A DNA stretch of 63,974 bases, the filler included, from Octopus bimaculoides (taxonomy: Eukaryota): the NCBI RefSeq assembly GCF_001194135.2. It is 6 parts of 6 records of this genome, joined end to end, with 100 filler letters (N's around TTAATTAATTAA, not from the genome) between each part and the next. Parts side by side here need not be neighbours in the genome. Positions count along the whole stretch, not along the records: positions 26,684 to 46,426 come from NC_068999.1; positions 46,527 to 59,617 come from NC_068992.1; 4 more parts are not named here. One strand, 5' to 3'. Positions 37,629 to 51,165 of this stretch are shown here, one piece after another (the stretch's first letter is position 1; the number at the start of each line of letters is the position of its first letter). Under the pieces are notes generated by a model, which saw only the letters and a program-made list of their open reading frames with translations, was not told the DNA's origin and made no database searches. A program made the translations under genes and the position numbers.

Positions 37629-38559
37629 GGTGCGAGAAAATGGTTAAGCAATAGTTATTCTAGAGAGAGTATTAAATAGAGAGTGAAGTGGAGGAATGAA
37701 AACAGACGCGAGATATGCAGGGATATTGTATCTGCAGTTCCATTATTTAAGCAGAATGGTATACATATAAGATTCCTGTACNNNNNNNNNNNNNNNNNNN
37801 NNNNNNNNNNNNNNNNNNNNNNNNNNNNNNNNNNNNNNNNNNNNNNNNNNNNNNNNNNNNNNNNNNNNNNNNNNNNNNNNNNNNNNNNNNNNNNNNNNNN
37901 NNNNNAAAAAAAAAAGAAAGTTATCGAATTCCTCTTCGACCTCCAAACCAACCCAAAGCAGTAGCTTATAATTAAATGATACTCTTCATAATGCTCCTGA
38001 TAACAAAAGAAAATGAGAAGAAAGGAAAATACCTCCATATTGTCTTTTCGGAAAAATCTTTTCACAGAGTTTTGTAAAAATTCTTTTCAAAATTAAAGGG
38101 AGGAACAAAAGAGTAAAAACCTCAAACAAGAAATAAACCGTCGACAGCAACAATAACAACGAAAACAACAACAATGATAGCTGCAATAGTATCAACAATG
38201 ACAAGCAGAACAACAACAACAACAAGTGTAACAATGTGATTTACAGAAATATTTTTTGAAGAAGCTTGATAACGATTAAGGGAGAGAAAAGAAAAATTAA
38301 CCCGATGCATGTTTGCGTAATATTTTGCCTCCTTTTTTCGGCGGGGTTTGGGAAAGTTAATCCGTGTCTGTGTATGTGTGTGTATATGAGAATGTGTGTG
38401 TGAGATGTGTGTATGTGTTTGTGTGAATTTATGTGTGTCTGTGTACGGGTGTGTGCATGTGTTGTCTATGTTTATGCATGCTTTTTCGGTTTTTGTCACT
38501 TGTCCGTCATATCGCAAATCTGTATTCAAGCTCATTTTTGAGTTTCGTTATATAACAAT

Positions 38560-38843
38560 ACCGAAACAAAAACAACAACAACGACAATAACAGCTACTAC
38601 TACTACTACCACCACTACTGCTGCTACTACTACTACTGCTACTACTACTACTACTACTACTGCTGCTGATGATGATGATGATGATGAAGGGGATAATGTA
38701 CAAAGGAAAATCATAATGATGATGGTATCACTAACGTCCATACCAACAGTTACAATAACAACAATAATTACAATATTAAGAAGAAAATGACAACAGCGAT
38801 AATGATGATAAAAAAAACAATAAAACTACTACTTTTATTATTA

Positions 38844-38889
<46 letters not shown>

Positions 38890-38900
38890 CATTATTATTA

Positions 38901-38931
<31 letters not shown>

Positions 38932-38942
38932 CATTATTATTA

Positions 38943-39000
<58 letters not shown>

Positions 39001-39240
39001 CATTGCTATTATTAGTGTCATTATTATTAGCATTATTATTGCTGCCGTTGCTGTTGTTTTGTAGCTGGTGTTGTTGTTGTTGTTCCACTTCTTTTTCTTC
39101 TTTTTCTTTTTCTTCTTCTTCTTCTTCTTCTTCTTCTTCTCCTCTTTCTTCTTCTTCTTCTTCTTCTTCTTCTTCTTCTTCTTCTTCTTCTTCTTCTTCT
39201 TCTTCTTCTTCTTCTTCTTCTTCTTCTTCTTCATCTTAAA
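38560..39240. repeat. (CTA)n, (GAT)n, long (TTA)n and (TCT)n arrays
   Basis: Directly visible. Confidence 0.95.
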
Positions 39241-40427
39241 TTTTTCTTTATTTACCGTTTTTCTTTTCTTTTTCCCCTGTCACGGTTATCTTATGCTTTC
39301 GAGCGTTGAAACTAGAAGAACCATCATTAAAACAAACACAAATAAAAATTAATCATTCAGCTATTCTGTAAGCTGATGCTGTTTCTAATGATGATGATGA
39401 TAATGATGGTGTGTTTCATCTATTTTGTTTGTTTCGGGAGTAAATCGCCCGTTTCATTTTGTTTGTTTCTCCTCCCAAAATTTAATTTAAACAAACAACA
39501 GCACCGGAACCTTTCCCTGTTTGGTGTTTTCACCTTCCTCACCATTATAGGAGTTATATCATTCACACTCTTAATTATTTCACAACAGCTAAATATTCCT
39601 CTTAGAGACTTAATAAAAGAGACGTTTATAATATTAGCATCTAACTACATACGCACACACCACTTCACAAACACCGACACATGCACACACCATTTCACAA
39701 ACACCGACACATGCACACACACAAACAAACACAACAATACATATACGCATATCTAGGATATATGCATATGTATATCCACATATTCATGTATATATGTAAA
39801 TATATGTATTTGTGGCTATCTATTATATATATACATATATACCTGTTTCTGTATATACGTATATATGTATGTAAATTCAACAATCGAAGAAATGTGAGAA
39901 GCGTTTCGTGTGCTGAATACATTCTTGCACGCATTACATTAATGAAAATTTTGCGATGTAATTCATAACATCACAGTCAGATAGCATCTTCAAATCTTCA
40001 GAGACTGTAGAGCAAGCAGTCAAATTGACTTTAAATCACCTGATGTCAGTTTGACACATAGATCATCGCTACAGAATCCTTGTAAGCATGTACGAAAGAA
40101 ACATAAGAATCTCTTAAATTAAAATTATGTTCAGATGTCTGCACACCAGCCTATATCTGTTAAAGGGCATCGGGTCGTATTTGTGTCTTTATAATTATCT
40201 GTAGCTCTCTTTAGAAACTTCGGACAGAGAGACTGTTGCATAATATAATGTATTGTGTCTTATTACAATACCATCTCCTCTTAAAACATGCATGTCTCTT
40301 TTGGATTAATATTTCTTTGTGTATTCTGTTACTCAAAATGTGTGTATATTTGCTTGCTTTGTTGTCTGACTTTTTTTGTGGATGTAAATAATTTCCTCAT
40401 ACAAATGCATTATATGTGTGTATATGA

Positions 40428-40468
<41 letters not shown>

Positions 40469-41150
40469 GTATGTATTTACATATATATATGTATGAACAT
40501 TAATATGTATATATATATACATACATACATACACACACACATATATACATACAAATATATATACATACACACACATATTTATATATATATATNNNNNNNN
40601 NNTATATACATATGTGTGTGTGTGTGTGTGTGTGTAGGAAATTTAGAGACATTTTTCTACCAGTAGCTAGCATGCATAAAATAGTCAATAGACAACATAT
40701 TTTTCATATAAAATTAGTGTACATTGATATACAAACCAGGTGACCTTAACAGGACATATTACATGTTGAAAGGAACAGTCAAAGCCCAAAGCTTTGACTC
40801 TTCCTTTTAGCATATAAGGTGTCCTATATATATATATATATGTTTTATTATGAACTCCCTGAAGAGAAATATATGAGGAACCACAGCAACTCTTTCTTCT
40901 TTGTAAAAGTGCTCTAATTTATTTTGAAACATGTGTAGGAATTAAAGGAACTTTTATTGACATGCGTTTTGCTCCATTTATTATTATTATCCATATATTC
41001 TCAAAATATATCACTTTAGCTTGGTATCTCTAGCTGTAAAACGGCTGTGATATCTTGTTTTTAGTGTAATTTTGCTACCTCTGGTAACTATTAACGCATT
41101 TAAATTATCAAAGGTTTTAATAACTAAGATAATATTAATATATACATAAA

Positions 41151-41188
<38 letters not shown>

Positions 41189-42129
41189 NNNNNNNNNNNN
41201 NNNNNNNNNNNNNNNNNNNNNNNNNNNNNNNNNNNNNNNNNNNNNNNNNNNNNNNNNNNNNNNNNNNNNNNNNNNNNNNNNNNNNNNNNNNNNNNNNNNN
41301 NNNNNNNNNNNNNNNNNNNNNNNNNNNNNNNNNNNNNNNNNNNNNNNNNNNNNNNNNNNNNNNNNNNNNNNNNNNNNNNNNNNNNNNNNNNNNNNNNNNN
41401 NNNNNNNNNNNNNNNNNNNNNNNNNNNNNNNNNNNNNNNNNNNNNNNNNNNNNNNNNNNNNNNNNNNNNNNNNNNNNNNNNNNNNNNNNNNNNNNNNNNN
41501 NNNNNNNNNNNNNNNNNNNNNNNNNNNNNNNNNNNNNNNNNNNNNNNNNNNNNNNNNNNNNNNNNNNNNNNNNNNNNNNNNNNNNNNNNNNNNNNNNNNN
41601 NNNNNNNNNNNNNNNNNNNNNNNNNNNNNNNNNNNNNNNNNNNNNNNNNNNNNNNNNNNNNNNNNNNNNNNNNNNNNNNNNNNNNNNNNNNNNNNNNNNN
41701 NNNNNNNNNNNNNNNNNNNNNNNNNNNNNNNNNNNNNNNNNNNNNNNNNNNNNNNNNNNNNNNNNNNNNNNNNNNNNNNNNNNNNNNNNNNNNNNNNNNN
41801 NNNNNNNNNNNNNNNNNNNNNNNNNNNNNNNNNNNNNNNNNNNNNNNNNNNNNNNNNNNNNNNNNNNNNNNNNNNNNNNNNNNNNNNNNNNNNNNNNNNN
41901 NNNNNNNNNNNNNNNNNNNNNNNNNNNNNNNNNNNNNNNNNNNNNNNNNNNNNNNNNNNNNNNNNNNNNNNNNNNNNNNNNNNNNNNNNNNNNNNNNNNN
42001 NNNNNNNNNNNNNNNNNNNNNNNNNNNNNNNNNNNNNNNNATATATATGCATGTATAGGTACGTTTTTTTGTATGTGTATATATTATATGCATTCATACT
42101 TCATTTTCTACCCTTAGATTTTCTATTAT

Positions 42130-43190
42130 TTTATTTACAATTTTTGCTATATGCCGCACTCCATAATACATAAGGTTTCCTATCGTGTTGTAATGACATT
42201 GCTGCAAATCATTTTCAGTCATTCTGTCATTTTTTCCTGGTCAAGTATTTCAACCAGTTTACCATTCCCAATCCTCCCCCCTCCTGCTGCAGCATCTCCT
42301 ATCTTACTATGTCACCAACCCAACCCTTGCACTATCTCAACACGTTTCCTTTTTTTAAGTTTTTCTAATTCTGTTTTTATTTTTTGCCTATTAGATATTA
42401 GATATTTTTGCCCTTAGTGATTTTTGACTCTTAGTGTTTTATTATATATTTTCATTGTTTCCAAACTATTCACGATATTTTTTTTCTTTTTATTTCCTCT
42501 ATTAATTCGCTTTTCAACTATTCTTTCTTTACGTCCAACAGCTTACTTTTATTTTACAAGATATATTTGTCTGTTATTATTGCCATGCATTTTGCATAGA
42601 TTTTGTTTTTGTATCACATCTTAGGGCTTTCTAATTTCTTTTTATCATTGTATATTTTTTGCTCTGCTTCCAACTTATTTCTATTTTTTTCTTATATATT
42701 TATAATTTCTTAAATATTTTTTATATGTTTTCTTTCATATTGTCGTTAATTTTTGTTACTTTATAATGATAGCATCTCTTTCGAAAATTCACAAGAATCT
42801 CATTCTTTTCCTGTGAATGGATCAGAATTCGTTTCGCGAATCTTCGTTGTTTTCTTCGATTAAGGCTCTGTTAAGGGTTAATCTGTTGAAGAATGTTCAT
42901 ATTATGCCCAAAATTGCCTTCTTATCTTGGCCTGGCAGGTTTCATTTGCAGAATATTCTAATTGGCACATCTACTATGACATGCTCTTTTAGTTCTTCTG
43001 TTTCGCCACAAATCCTCTTGTTTCAAGAATAAATGTCATCACTACCATTGTTGTAGTTTGTTGTCACTTCCCATATATCTTTTTTAAAATTTGATTGTTG
43101 TATCAGTTGTCTTTTTTTTGTATTGTATTGTAATACTGTGTCGTTGTCATAGCCGCCATCTTCGTTGATGCCTTTGTAGGTTTTGTCCAT
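42130..43190 (-). pseudogene. Highly decayed A-rich LINE-like coding relic (possible C-terminal zinc-knuckle region)
   Basis: Minus-strand frame reads KRICGETEELKEHVIVD, resembling the CxxC..EHxxxxC motif of L1-type ORF2 C-termini; many stops. Confidence 0.35.
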
Positions 43191-44079
43191 ATATATANNN
43201 NNNNNNNNNNNNNNNNNNNNNNNNNNNNNNNNNNNNNNNNNNNNNNNNNNNNNNNNNNNNNNNNNNNNNNNNNNNNNNNNNNNNNNNNNNNNNNNNNNNN
43301 NNNNNNNNNNNNNNNNNNNNNNNNNNNNNNNNNNNNNNNNNNNNNNNNNNNNNNNNNNNNNNNNNNNNNNNNNNNNNNNNNNNNNNNNNNNNNNNNNNNN
43401 NNNNNNNNNNNNNNNNNNNNNNNNNNNNNNNNNNNNNNNNNNNNNNNNNNNNNNNNNNNNNNNNNNNNNNNNNNNNNNNNNNNNNNNNNNNNNNNATATA
43501 TATATATATACACATACATATATACATATATAAGTATATATATGCATATATATATAGATAGATACATAGATATATCTATATGCATCTATATGTATATATA
43601 TGTATATGTATTCATATATATATATATGTTCATATACATTATATATATATATATATATGGACACACACACACATATATATATAAACATATATATGGACGT
43701 ATATATTGAGACATATATACATATATGTGTATGTGTGTGAGTATGTGTGTGTGTGTGGATCAAATTATATAATGCTGTCTTTGCTATTGCAGATAACTTT
43801 ATGCTAGTTTTCAAAGGTTGTTGGTTTGTTGTTGTTGTTGTTGTTGTTGCTGTTGTTGTTATTGTTGATCATGAGGGTGATAATGACGTTCTATTTGGTT
43901 GTTAGGGTTCGTTGATGTAGTTTGTTTTATCAATTACGTGTTTCCATTAACAACACATGCAGAGGCATAGATACACATAGAAACAGACTCACACAACAAC
44001 ACACAAACACATGCGCAGATACACACATACACATGCTGTCCCACATTGAGGCGCATTCAGAAATCTCCTTATATCTTTC

Positions 44080-44116
<37 letters not shown>

Positions 44117-46526
44117 TTAGATCGAAACATGGATAGATAGATANNNNNNNNNNNNNNNNNNNNNNNNNNNNNNNNNNNNNNNNNNNNNNNNNNNNNNNNN
44201 NNNNNNNNNNNNNNNNNNNNNNNNNNNNNNNNNNNNNNNNNNNNNNNNNNNNNNNNNNNNNNNNNNNNNNNNNNNNNNNNNNNNNNNNNNNNNNNNNNNN
44301 NNNNNNNNNNNNNNNNNNNNNNNNNNNNNNNNNNNNNNNNNNNNNNNNNNNNNNNNNNNNNNNNNNNNNNNNNNNNNNNNNNNNNNNNNNNNNNNNNNNN
44401 NNNNNNNNNNNNNNNNNNNNNNNNNNNNNNNNNNNNNNNNNNNNNNNNNNNNNNNNNNNNNNNNNNNNNNNNNNNNNNNNNNNNNNNNNNNNNNNNNNNN
44501 NNNNNNNNNNNNNNNNNNNNNNNNNNNNNNNNNNNNNNNNNNNNNNNNNNNNNNNNNNNNNNNNNNNNNNNNNNNNNNNNNNNNNNNNNNNNNNNNNNNN
44601 NNNNNNNNNNNNNNNNNNNNNNNNNNNNNNNNNNNACATACATACACGCATATGCACATTTACACATGCATATATATCCACACGCATACAAAGTAATTGT
44701 TTCGTGCGATGGTGTCCATTAAGCGAACGTGACGTATAGTATTAGAGCATGATTATTTGAATGTACAGCTATGTCTTTCTTCCCATGCGATTGCGATATA
44801 TGCCTGTCTAGGTGTATGTTTGCGTGTTTGTGTCTTCAGTTTTATGTGTAAGATAGTGAACATGTAAATAACGCTAAGCGCCTAAACGTTATACGCGAAT
44901 TTTCTTGCATTTTATATATTACAAGGCTTAAAATATGGCTGCTAACACTTAGTCTTGTGGCTGCTTCCCTTTTTCTTTTGTCTATCTTTTTTCTTGAGAG
45001 AAAAAAAAAAGCAGAATATATGTGATAGATAAGTGCAAAAGGGACGTATTTTGAAATGTATAGATATTTTCCATCATTTTTGGTGGAAAAATCAAGCTGT
45101 CACATATTCATGCATTTCATATATTTGACTTCATACAGCAATATGTGGTCAATGATGTAATACAAAGTCAATCTCTTTCGAGTGAAATCAGCGACCAGAT
45201 TTCTATTGTGATTCCGTAATGTAGCCACTTCAGATCGCTTTCACCCTGTGATATACTTGAGGTGCATGTCATGTTTTCCTTCCTTTGTCAGTCTGATATG
45301 ATGGACATACATGTCACGTAACTCTTTGGCATAATCAATTTATCACTCGCTAAATGAAGGCTGGACATTTGAATCCAGTAGAAAAAAAATGGGATAATAT
45401 TTGGAAAATATAGTAAAATGAGGAAATGGATTTTCGTCGGTGTCCACGATGAAGATTCAGATATTCGATCGTCTGAATAGCATTCTCATCGAATTCTCAC
45501 ATCAATGGACGGCCATTCCATAGCAATTTGTCCTAATAGAGTTATTCTGAAACTGAGTCAGCGTGCAGTTGGAGTCCGTTAAATCTTTCATAAAGATTCA
45601 GTCTATTCAATTGTATTCACCCGAAACTATTGTAAAAACACTCGCCAGTGATATCACACGGTGGGATCGAACCCACGACGGGGTGATTGCTACATACATA
45701 TGCAACAATTTAAAAGTTGAAACTTACGGCGTCCGTGTCTGTTATTTATATATTATTTCACTTATATACTTTATTACGGTTATTAATTTCTCACTGCTTA
45801 TACTAATACTAACTCCAGTGATTAGTAAATTCTCAATAATTCTTGGAAAGCATTCTGGCCGCCTTCTTTGATACAACTGCCCGTGTTGAGGAATACATGG
45901 CGGATATTTGAACCTCTCTGAGTAATATGATAAGATTACCTCATAATAACTTGAAGTCTTTAATTATTGATTAGAGGTCGAGTTAAAAGTGAGCTCTCTT
46001 GTTCTGTAAAAGTAAAAAACAGACGAAGGTGAACGAATGTAACCTCAGTTGCCACATTACAGTCATTCACAGAAGCTAAAACTAAGATAACGTAGACGAA
46101 TGCAAGAACATACGAGCGAGTTGGACAGAATAACGTTTTATTTGAACGGCGAAAGACATAAGAAAACATCTACGAAGGTAATAGATGTAAGAATTAAAGA
46201 ATAGAGGGGAATCAGTGAGAGGAGGACAGATGATGCAGAAGACAACGAAAGGAAAATATATCGCAAAAAGATGTAAGAAACATATTCAGAGGTAGCCACA
46301 GTGGATCCTGAAATAACTAGAACAGATTTAATATTTTAGCTGTGGTAAGTATCAGCGACTTGGTTTTAGACGCATGATAAATTTCTCTACTTCATTGTAA
46401 CATATATATATATACATATATATATANNNNNNNNNNNNNNNNNNNNNNNNNNNNNNNNNNNNNNNNNNNNTTAATTAATTAANNNNNNNNNNNNNNNNNN
46501 NNNNNNNNNNNNNNNNNNNNNNNNNN

Positions 46527-46580
<54 letters not shown>

Positions 46581-46784
46581 AGTGCTGATTATAAGTGGAT
46601 TAGATCGGTTTAGGCTGAGTTGCTATGCAAGCTTGGTAGTTTAAATAAACAGAAACCGTTGTAGTAGTCGAGGAAGAAGAAAATGTCGAGAGAAGAAATA
46701 GCGCCAACTATGAAACAAGGATTTTAGTGTGTTGAGTGAGAATTCGACAATCAACACAATGGTACACAGTTTTAGAAACCTTTA

Positions 46785-47008
46785 TATTCTTGGTACAATA
46801 CCTGAAAATTTTTAGGGAGGGGGTAAGTTGATTACATCAGCCCCAGTTGATGTAATCAACTTAAAAAGGGTACTTATTTTATCGACTTATAAGGGATGAA
46901 AGGCAAAATCGACCTCAGCAGAATTTGAATTTAGAATGTAAAGAGCCGGAAGAAAAGCCGCTAAACGTTTTGTCCGACAAGCTTACGATTCTGCCAACTC
47001 GCTGTCTT
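46785..47008 (-). mobile_element. SINE family A variant
   Basis: GGTACTTATTTTATCGAC..GGCAAAATCGACCTCAGCAGAATTTGAA..GATTCTGCCAACTCGCTGTCTT. Confidence 0.8.
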
Positions 47009-47679
47009 AATGGAGATTTTTCTTAATTTCAAAGACGGTCATCAATTGATGTGAAGTATTTCTGCGACTCTAAAAGGGAAAGTCCAGACATTGTTATACA
47101 ATTTTGGTAATGTAATAGATATAAAGCAGCCTTAAGTGACCAATATTTTATTTCATTATTGGCGGCAAAACTTCGTCTGCAAGTAATGATATTTTATAAC
47201 ATTTAAATAAAAAGAAACGGGAAAAAGAGAGAAAAGAAGAGAAATAAAAGGGTGGATGTGGGAGTAAAACATCGGAATATGGAGGGGGAGAGGGCGATAT
47301 TGGTATAAAACTAAAATTATTTCAATTGTTATGGTATACGGTGTGAGGAGAAATTTCCGAATTACTCATCACATCATAGCAACTTAAGTAATCATATACT
47401 TTTAAAAATAAATACAATCTTTGTTGACACAGATAATCTCAAATCTCCTTGGATTCCGTTTGTTTGTTTTTTTTATCTTGTTTGTATTGCAAGCGAATTT
47501 TTAACCACAGGTGAGCTCTGATTGAGCAGGTATATATGATCAAAAGTCCTCAAATCATTATCGATCTTGTCATTTTAATGGTATCTCATGACTCCTCTTT
47601 TCTGTAAAAAAGAAATGTCGATATGAGGGATAGCTGCTGTTTTTAGCTGGTCAAGTGACTTTCCATTTTTTTTGTTTTT

Positions 47680-48078
47680 GTTTCGGAACCTTTACATGAT
47701 TTTCCTTAAAATCGCGGAACCTTTACCAATATTTTACAGACAAACCTCGACACTTTAAATTTAATCAAATCAAGGATCTTTCTGAATTGACGGGCACCAC
47801 TTGTTTTCTTTACCGAAATACGACAATTTTTTACATGAAATAACTTCGAATACAAATTTTTTTAACTGTTCTATAACACAAAATATACAAGTGTACGAAG
47901 TTTGAAAGTGTTTCGGTACCAAAAACACTACATAAAACATAAATGAAAAGTGTTGCCCATCAATTCAGAAAGATCCCACCTTAAAAATCGAAAGAATGTC
48001 GACACCTTGTCTCACCAAATCCCAGGATTTGTTTGGGAAATCCTGGGGGTTCCTTAGAACCCAATTTGGGATACATTG
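47680..48078. mobile_element. Decayed hAT-like non-autonomous element
   Basis: Subterminal CGGAACC motifs on the left; right end GGGGGTTCCTTAGAACCCAATTTGGGATACATTG resembles hAT/Charlie-type ends; left terminus not recognisable. Confidence 0.4.
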
Positions 48079-48439
48079 GTATAGAAGCTCCATCGTTGGT
48101 TCCTCGTTTGTGTGTGGGGGTTATATTATATAATAACTCAAATGGTATTACACTTGACAAAAACACATACAAGATTGAATAGTTCAGTCGCAAAACAATA
48201 TCGATCATTGTTATGCTTTTGTACCAGCAAATAAACTGAAACTATTCGGATATCTGATGTTGTTGACCAAATCACTAATAAACTTCTAACCCTCAGGTGC
48301 GTTATTCCCGTCCCGATTGAATTTTTTCATCACTACTACCATAACATCTGATCCTCCATCGGTACGGGCTGATAACATACCATCTGACAGTTGTTTCTCT
48401 TCCTCTCGAACACCATGTTTACCCACGTCAAAACCTTTA

Positions 48440-48860
48440 AGGCGCAGGAGTGGCTGTGTGGTAAGTAGCTTGCTTACCAGCCACATGGTTCCGGGTTCAG
48501 TCCCACTACGTGGCACCTTGGGCAAGTGTCTTCTACTATAGCCTTGGGCCGACCAAAGCCTTGTGAGTGGATTTGGTAGACGGAAACTGAAAGAAGCCCG
48601 TCGTATATATATATATATATATATATATGAGTGTGTGTGTGTGTGTGTATATATGTTTGTGTGTCTGTGTTTGTCCCCCCCAACTTCGCTCGACAACCGA
48701 TGGTGGTGTGTTTATATCCCCGTAACTTAGCGGTTCGGCAAAAAGTGACCGATAGAATAAGTACTAGGCTTACAAAGAATAAGTCCTGGGATCGATTTGC
48801 TCGACTAAAGGCGGTGCCCCAGCATGGCCGCAGTCAAATGACTGAAACAAGTAAAAGAGT
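48440..48860 (+). mobile_element. SINE family B (full length, young-looking)
   Basis: AGGCGCAGGAGTGGCTGTGTGG..GGGTTCAGTCCC..ACCTTGGGCAAGTGTC..(TA)n(TG)n..CCAGCATGGCCGCAGTCAAATGACTGAAACAAGTAAAAGAG. Confidence 0.92.
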
Positions 48861-49281
48861 AATTAATTTGAATGCACACGCACTGCAACAGACTCGAAAA
48901 CTGTGTAAAAAGAAAAAAAAAATGTCATGGCTTCTCATCAGTAGCTTGCTGTGCCCCTAGACAGCCTCGAAAGAGGTGACAGAATAATTAACCTGGGACA
49001 ACTGTATATAATGAGTCAATTTGTAGTAAGAGACTTGTGGAGTAAGAAATTCGGTTTCTGTTTCAAGTGGATCGAGTCACTTATGAAAACACTCCTGTTT
49101 TATCTCATAATGGTTTCATTCCTATGAGTTTTATTATCAATCTACCGTCTATTTACACACACACACACACACTCACGACCCCCCCCCCTAGCAACAACAG
49201 AACAACAATCACCAAATAAACAGTCAAAAAGGAATTATTTTCTGCTTAATTATTTTTAAATCAGAAGTATCTGTGGATGAT

Positions 49282-49312
<31 letters not shown>

Positions 49313-50205
49313 CATATACATACATGTATGTCTTTGTGTGTGTGTATGTATTAATTTGCTGGATTTGTATACACACATACATACATGCATAAAAGTATAT
49401 ATTCACACATATACGTATAGAGCTAGGTAGATAGATAGACAGACAGATAGAGAGAGGGAGAGAGAGGGAGAGAGATAGAGAGATAGATAGATAAATAGAG
49501 AGAGAGAGAGAGAGGGAGACATGAGATTGCTGTGACTTTTGAAGCACTTAAGTGTTTTGCAGCTTGTGTGAAATGAAATAAGTTTCAACTGTCAATTGAT
49601 TTAAGTCGATTCTGTGACGGGAAAATGATTGTGACAGTTTGTAACCTTGTTCACATCTTTATTTTATTATTATTAAGGATCTTTTTCAAATTGAAAAGGT
49701 CCATTATTAATTTCTCATAAAAATTAAGGGGCTACGATTTTCATGCATTTCTTTAACGAAATTTGATTAAAATACGACCGAGTCTCGAAACCAGGTCACT
49801 GACTCAATACAAACAGATCGAACACTGCTTGCTATGCCTCGTTCTGACAGGCGGATCAATAGTTATTAGACTTCAGCATTAATTTGCCTCAGTTTTCTCT
49901 ATACTTTCCATATTTTGCTCGTTTCAAATGTCGCTTGTACTCACTCTTACCGACTTTTAAATGTGCATCTATCTATCTGGTCTTTTCTGTAGGCTTTTCT
50001 TTCCACCGATAATCTTGCTTTTTACATTTTAAAAATTCTTCTGTGATATACGATCCCTTTTGATCGTTTTTTTTTCCTGATCCCTTTTAATCGGAATTTT
50101 ACTTTTTTTTCCCCTTTTTCTTTTTCATGCGCCTATAAAATATATATTGGCAGCGATGTCTGTTTAATATATATGTATATTTATCTATGTACACACACAC
50201 ACGCG

Positions 50206-50419
50206 CGAGGGGTTGCTGCAAAGTTCCTGGCTTTGGCTTAAATCAAATACAGGAGGATCAGTTATAATTTTATTCAACACATTCCCCTCTCAGACTCACA
50301 CACTTATTGCAGCGGTCCTTCAGTTTTTCTAAGCTCTGTAAAAGAGCTCGGTAGGTTGGGCCTCCAACCAGGCCTTTTGCGACCCCTTTAAAGCCAGGAA
50401 CTTCTTGGCAATCATTCGG
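50206..50419. mobile_element. Mariner-derived MITE
   Basis: Imperfect TIRs CGAGGGGTTGCTGCAAAGTTCCTGGCTTT / AAAGCCAGGAACTTCTTGGCAATCATTCG; internal TTATTCAACACATTCCCCTC..CACTTATTGCAGCG resembles mariner 3' ends. Confidence 0.75.
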
Positions 50420-50577
50420 TATTGGTATAGGTATGTGCAGACGACATCATTTATCCTCTTTTTCAGCCTAGCCTCTTTATCTAAGTCATGAGGGAATGTT
50501 GTGTGGATGGATATCTGCCAATACCGAAAGCCATCCATCCATGGATCTATCTATCTATCCATCTATCTATCTATCTA

Positions 50578-50615
<38 letters not shown>

Positions 50616-50976
50616 AATCAATCAATCAATCAAGTGTAACAACATCCTAGGCCAGCGTGACTAAGCCAATTCTTAAAATTGTAGTTATTATTAACGATCC
50701 ATCTTAATCCGAGGTTAGGATGACATAATAAAACCACACACACCTGTCGTATACATTAACAGCAAATCAACCTATTGCTACACAATTATCTGCAATGCAG
50801 ATTGTCTCTTCACCAGGTTGTGTGTGTGTGTACTTGTATCATGATAATTTCGTTGTTAGTAACCTCAAAGTGTTCCTAATGCTAGTTTGTTCAAACTGTA
50901 TGATAAATACTTTATCTTTCCTCCCCCACCCTTCTCTCTTTCTATACATATTTATATATTTGTGCACACACACGCA

Positions 50977-51165
50977 TCGTTTCGATCATTGTACTACTGC
51001 CTTGCTGGGATGCAATCTAGAAGGGCCTTAGTCGAACGAATCGACCTCTGTGTTTATTTTTAAAGCCTGGGACTTATTCTATCTGACTGTTTTGCCAAAC
51101 CGCAAAATTACAGGGACGCAAACAAACCAGCACCGGTTGTAAAGCTGTAGTCGGGGGCAAATACA
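50977..51165 (-). mobile_element. SINE family B 3' half, degenerate
   Basis: TTAGTCGAACGAATCGACC..ACTTATTCTATC..CAAACAAACCAGCACCGGTTGT. Confidence 0.7.

Noticed and set aside
39994-40086. Open frame ending at CTT|GTAAGC; similar candidates at 18393-18560 and 47036-47108
   Set aside because: Weak acceptors, no homology recognised; expected by chance in 64 kb
47494-47516. 17-nt microexon-like signal (TGCAAG|..CAG|GTGAGC)
   Set aside because: Sequence downstream resembles a dispersed repeat also seen near 63440-63520, and 17 nt is not frame-preserving
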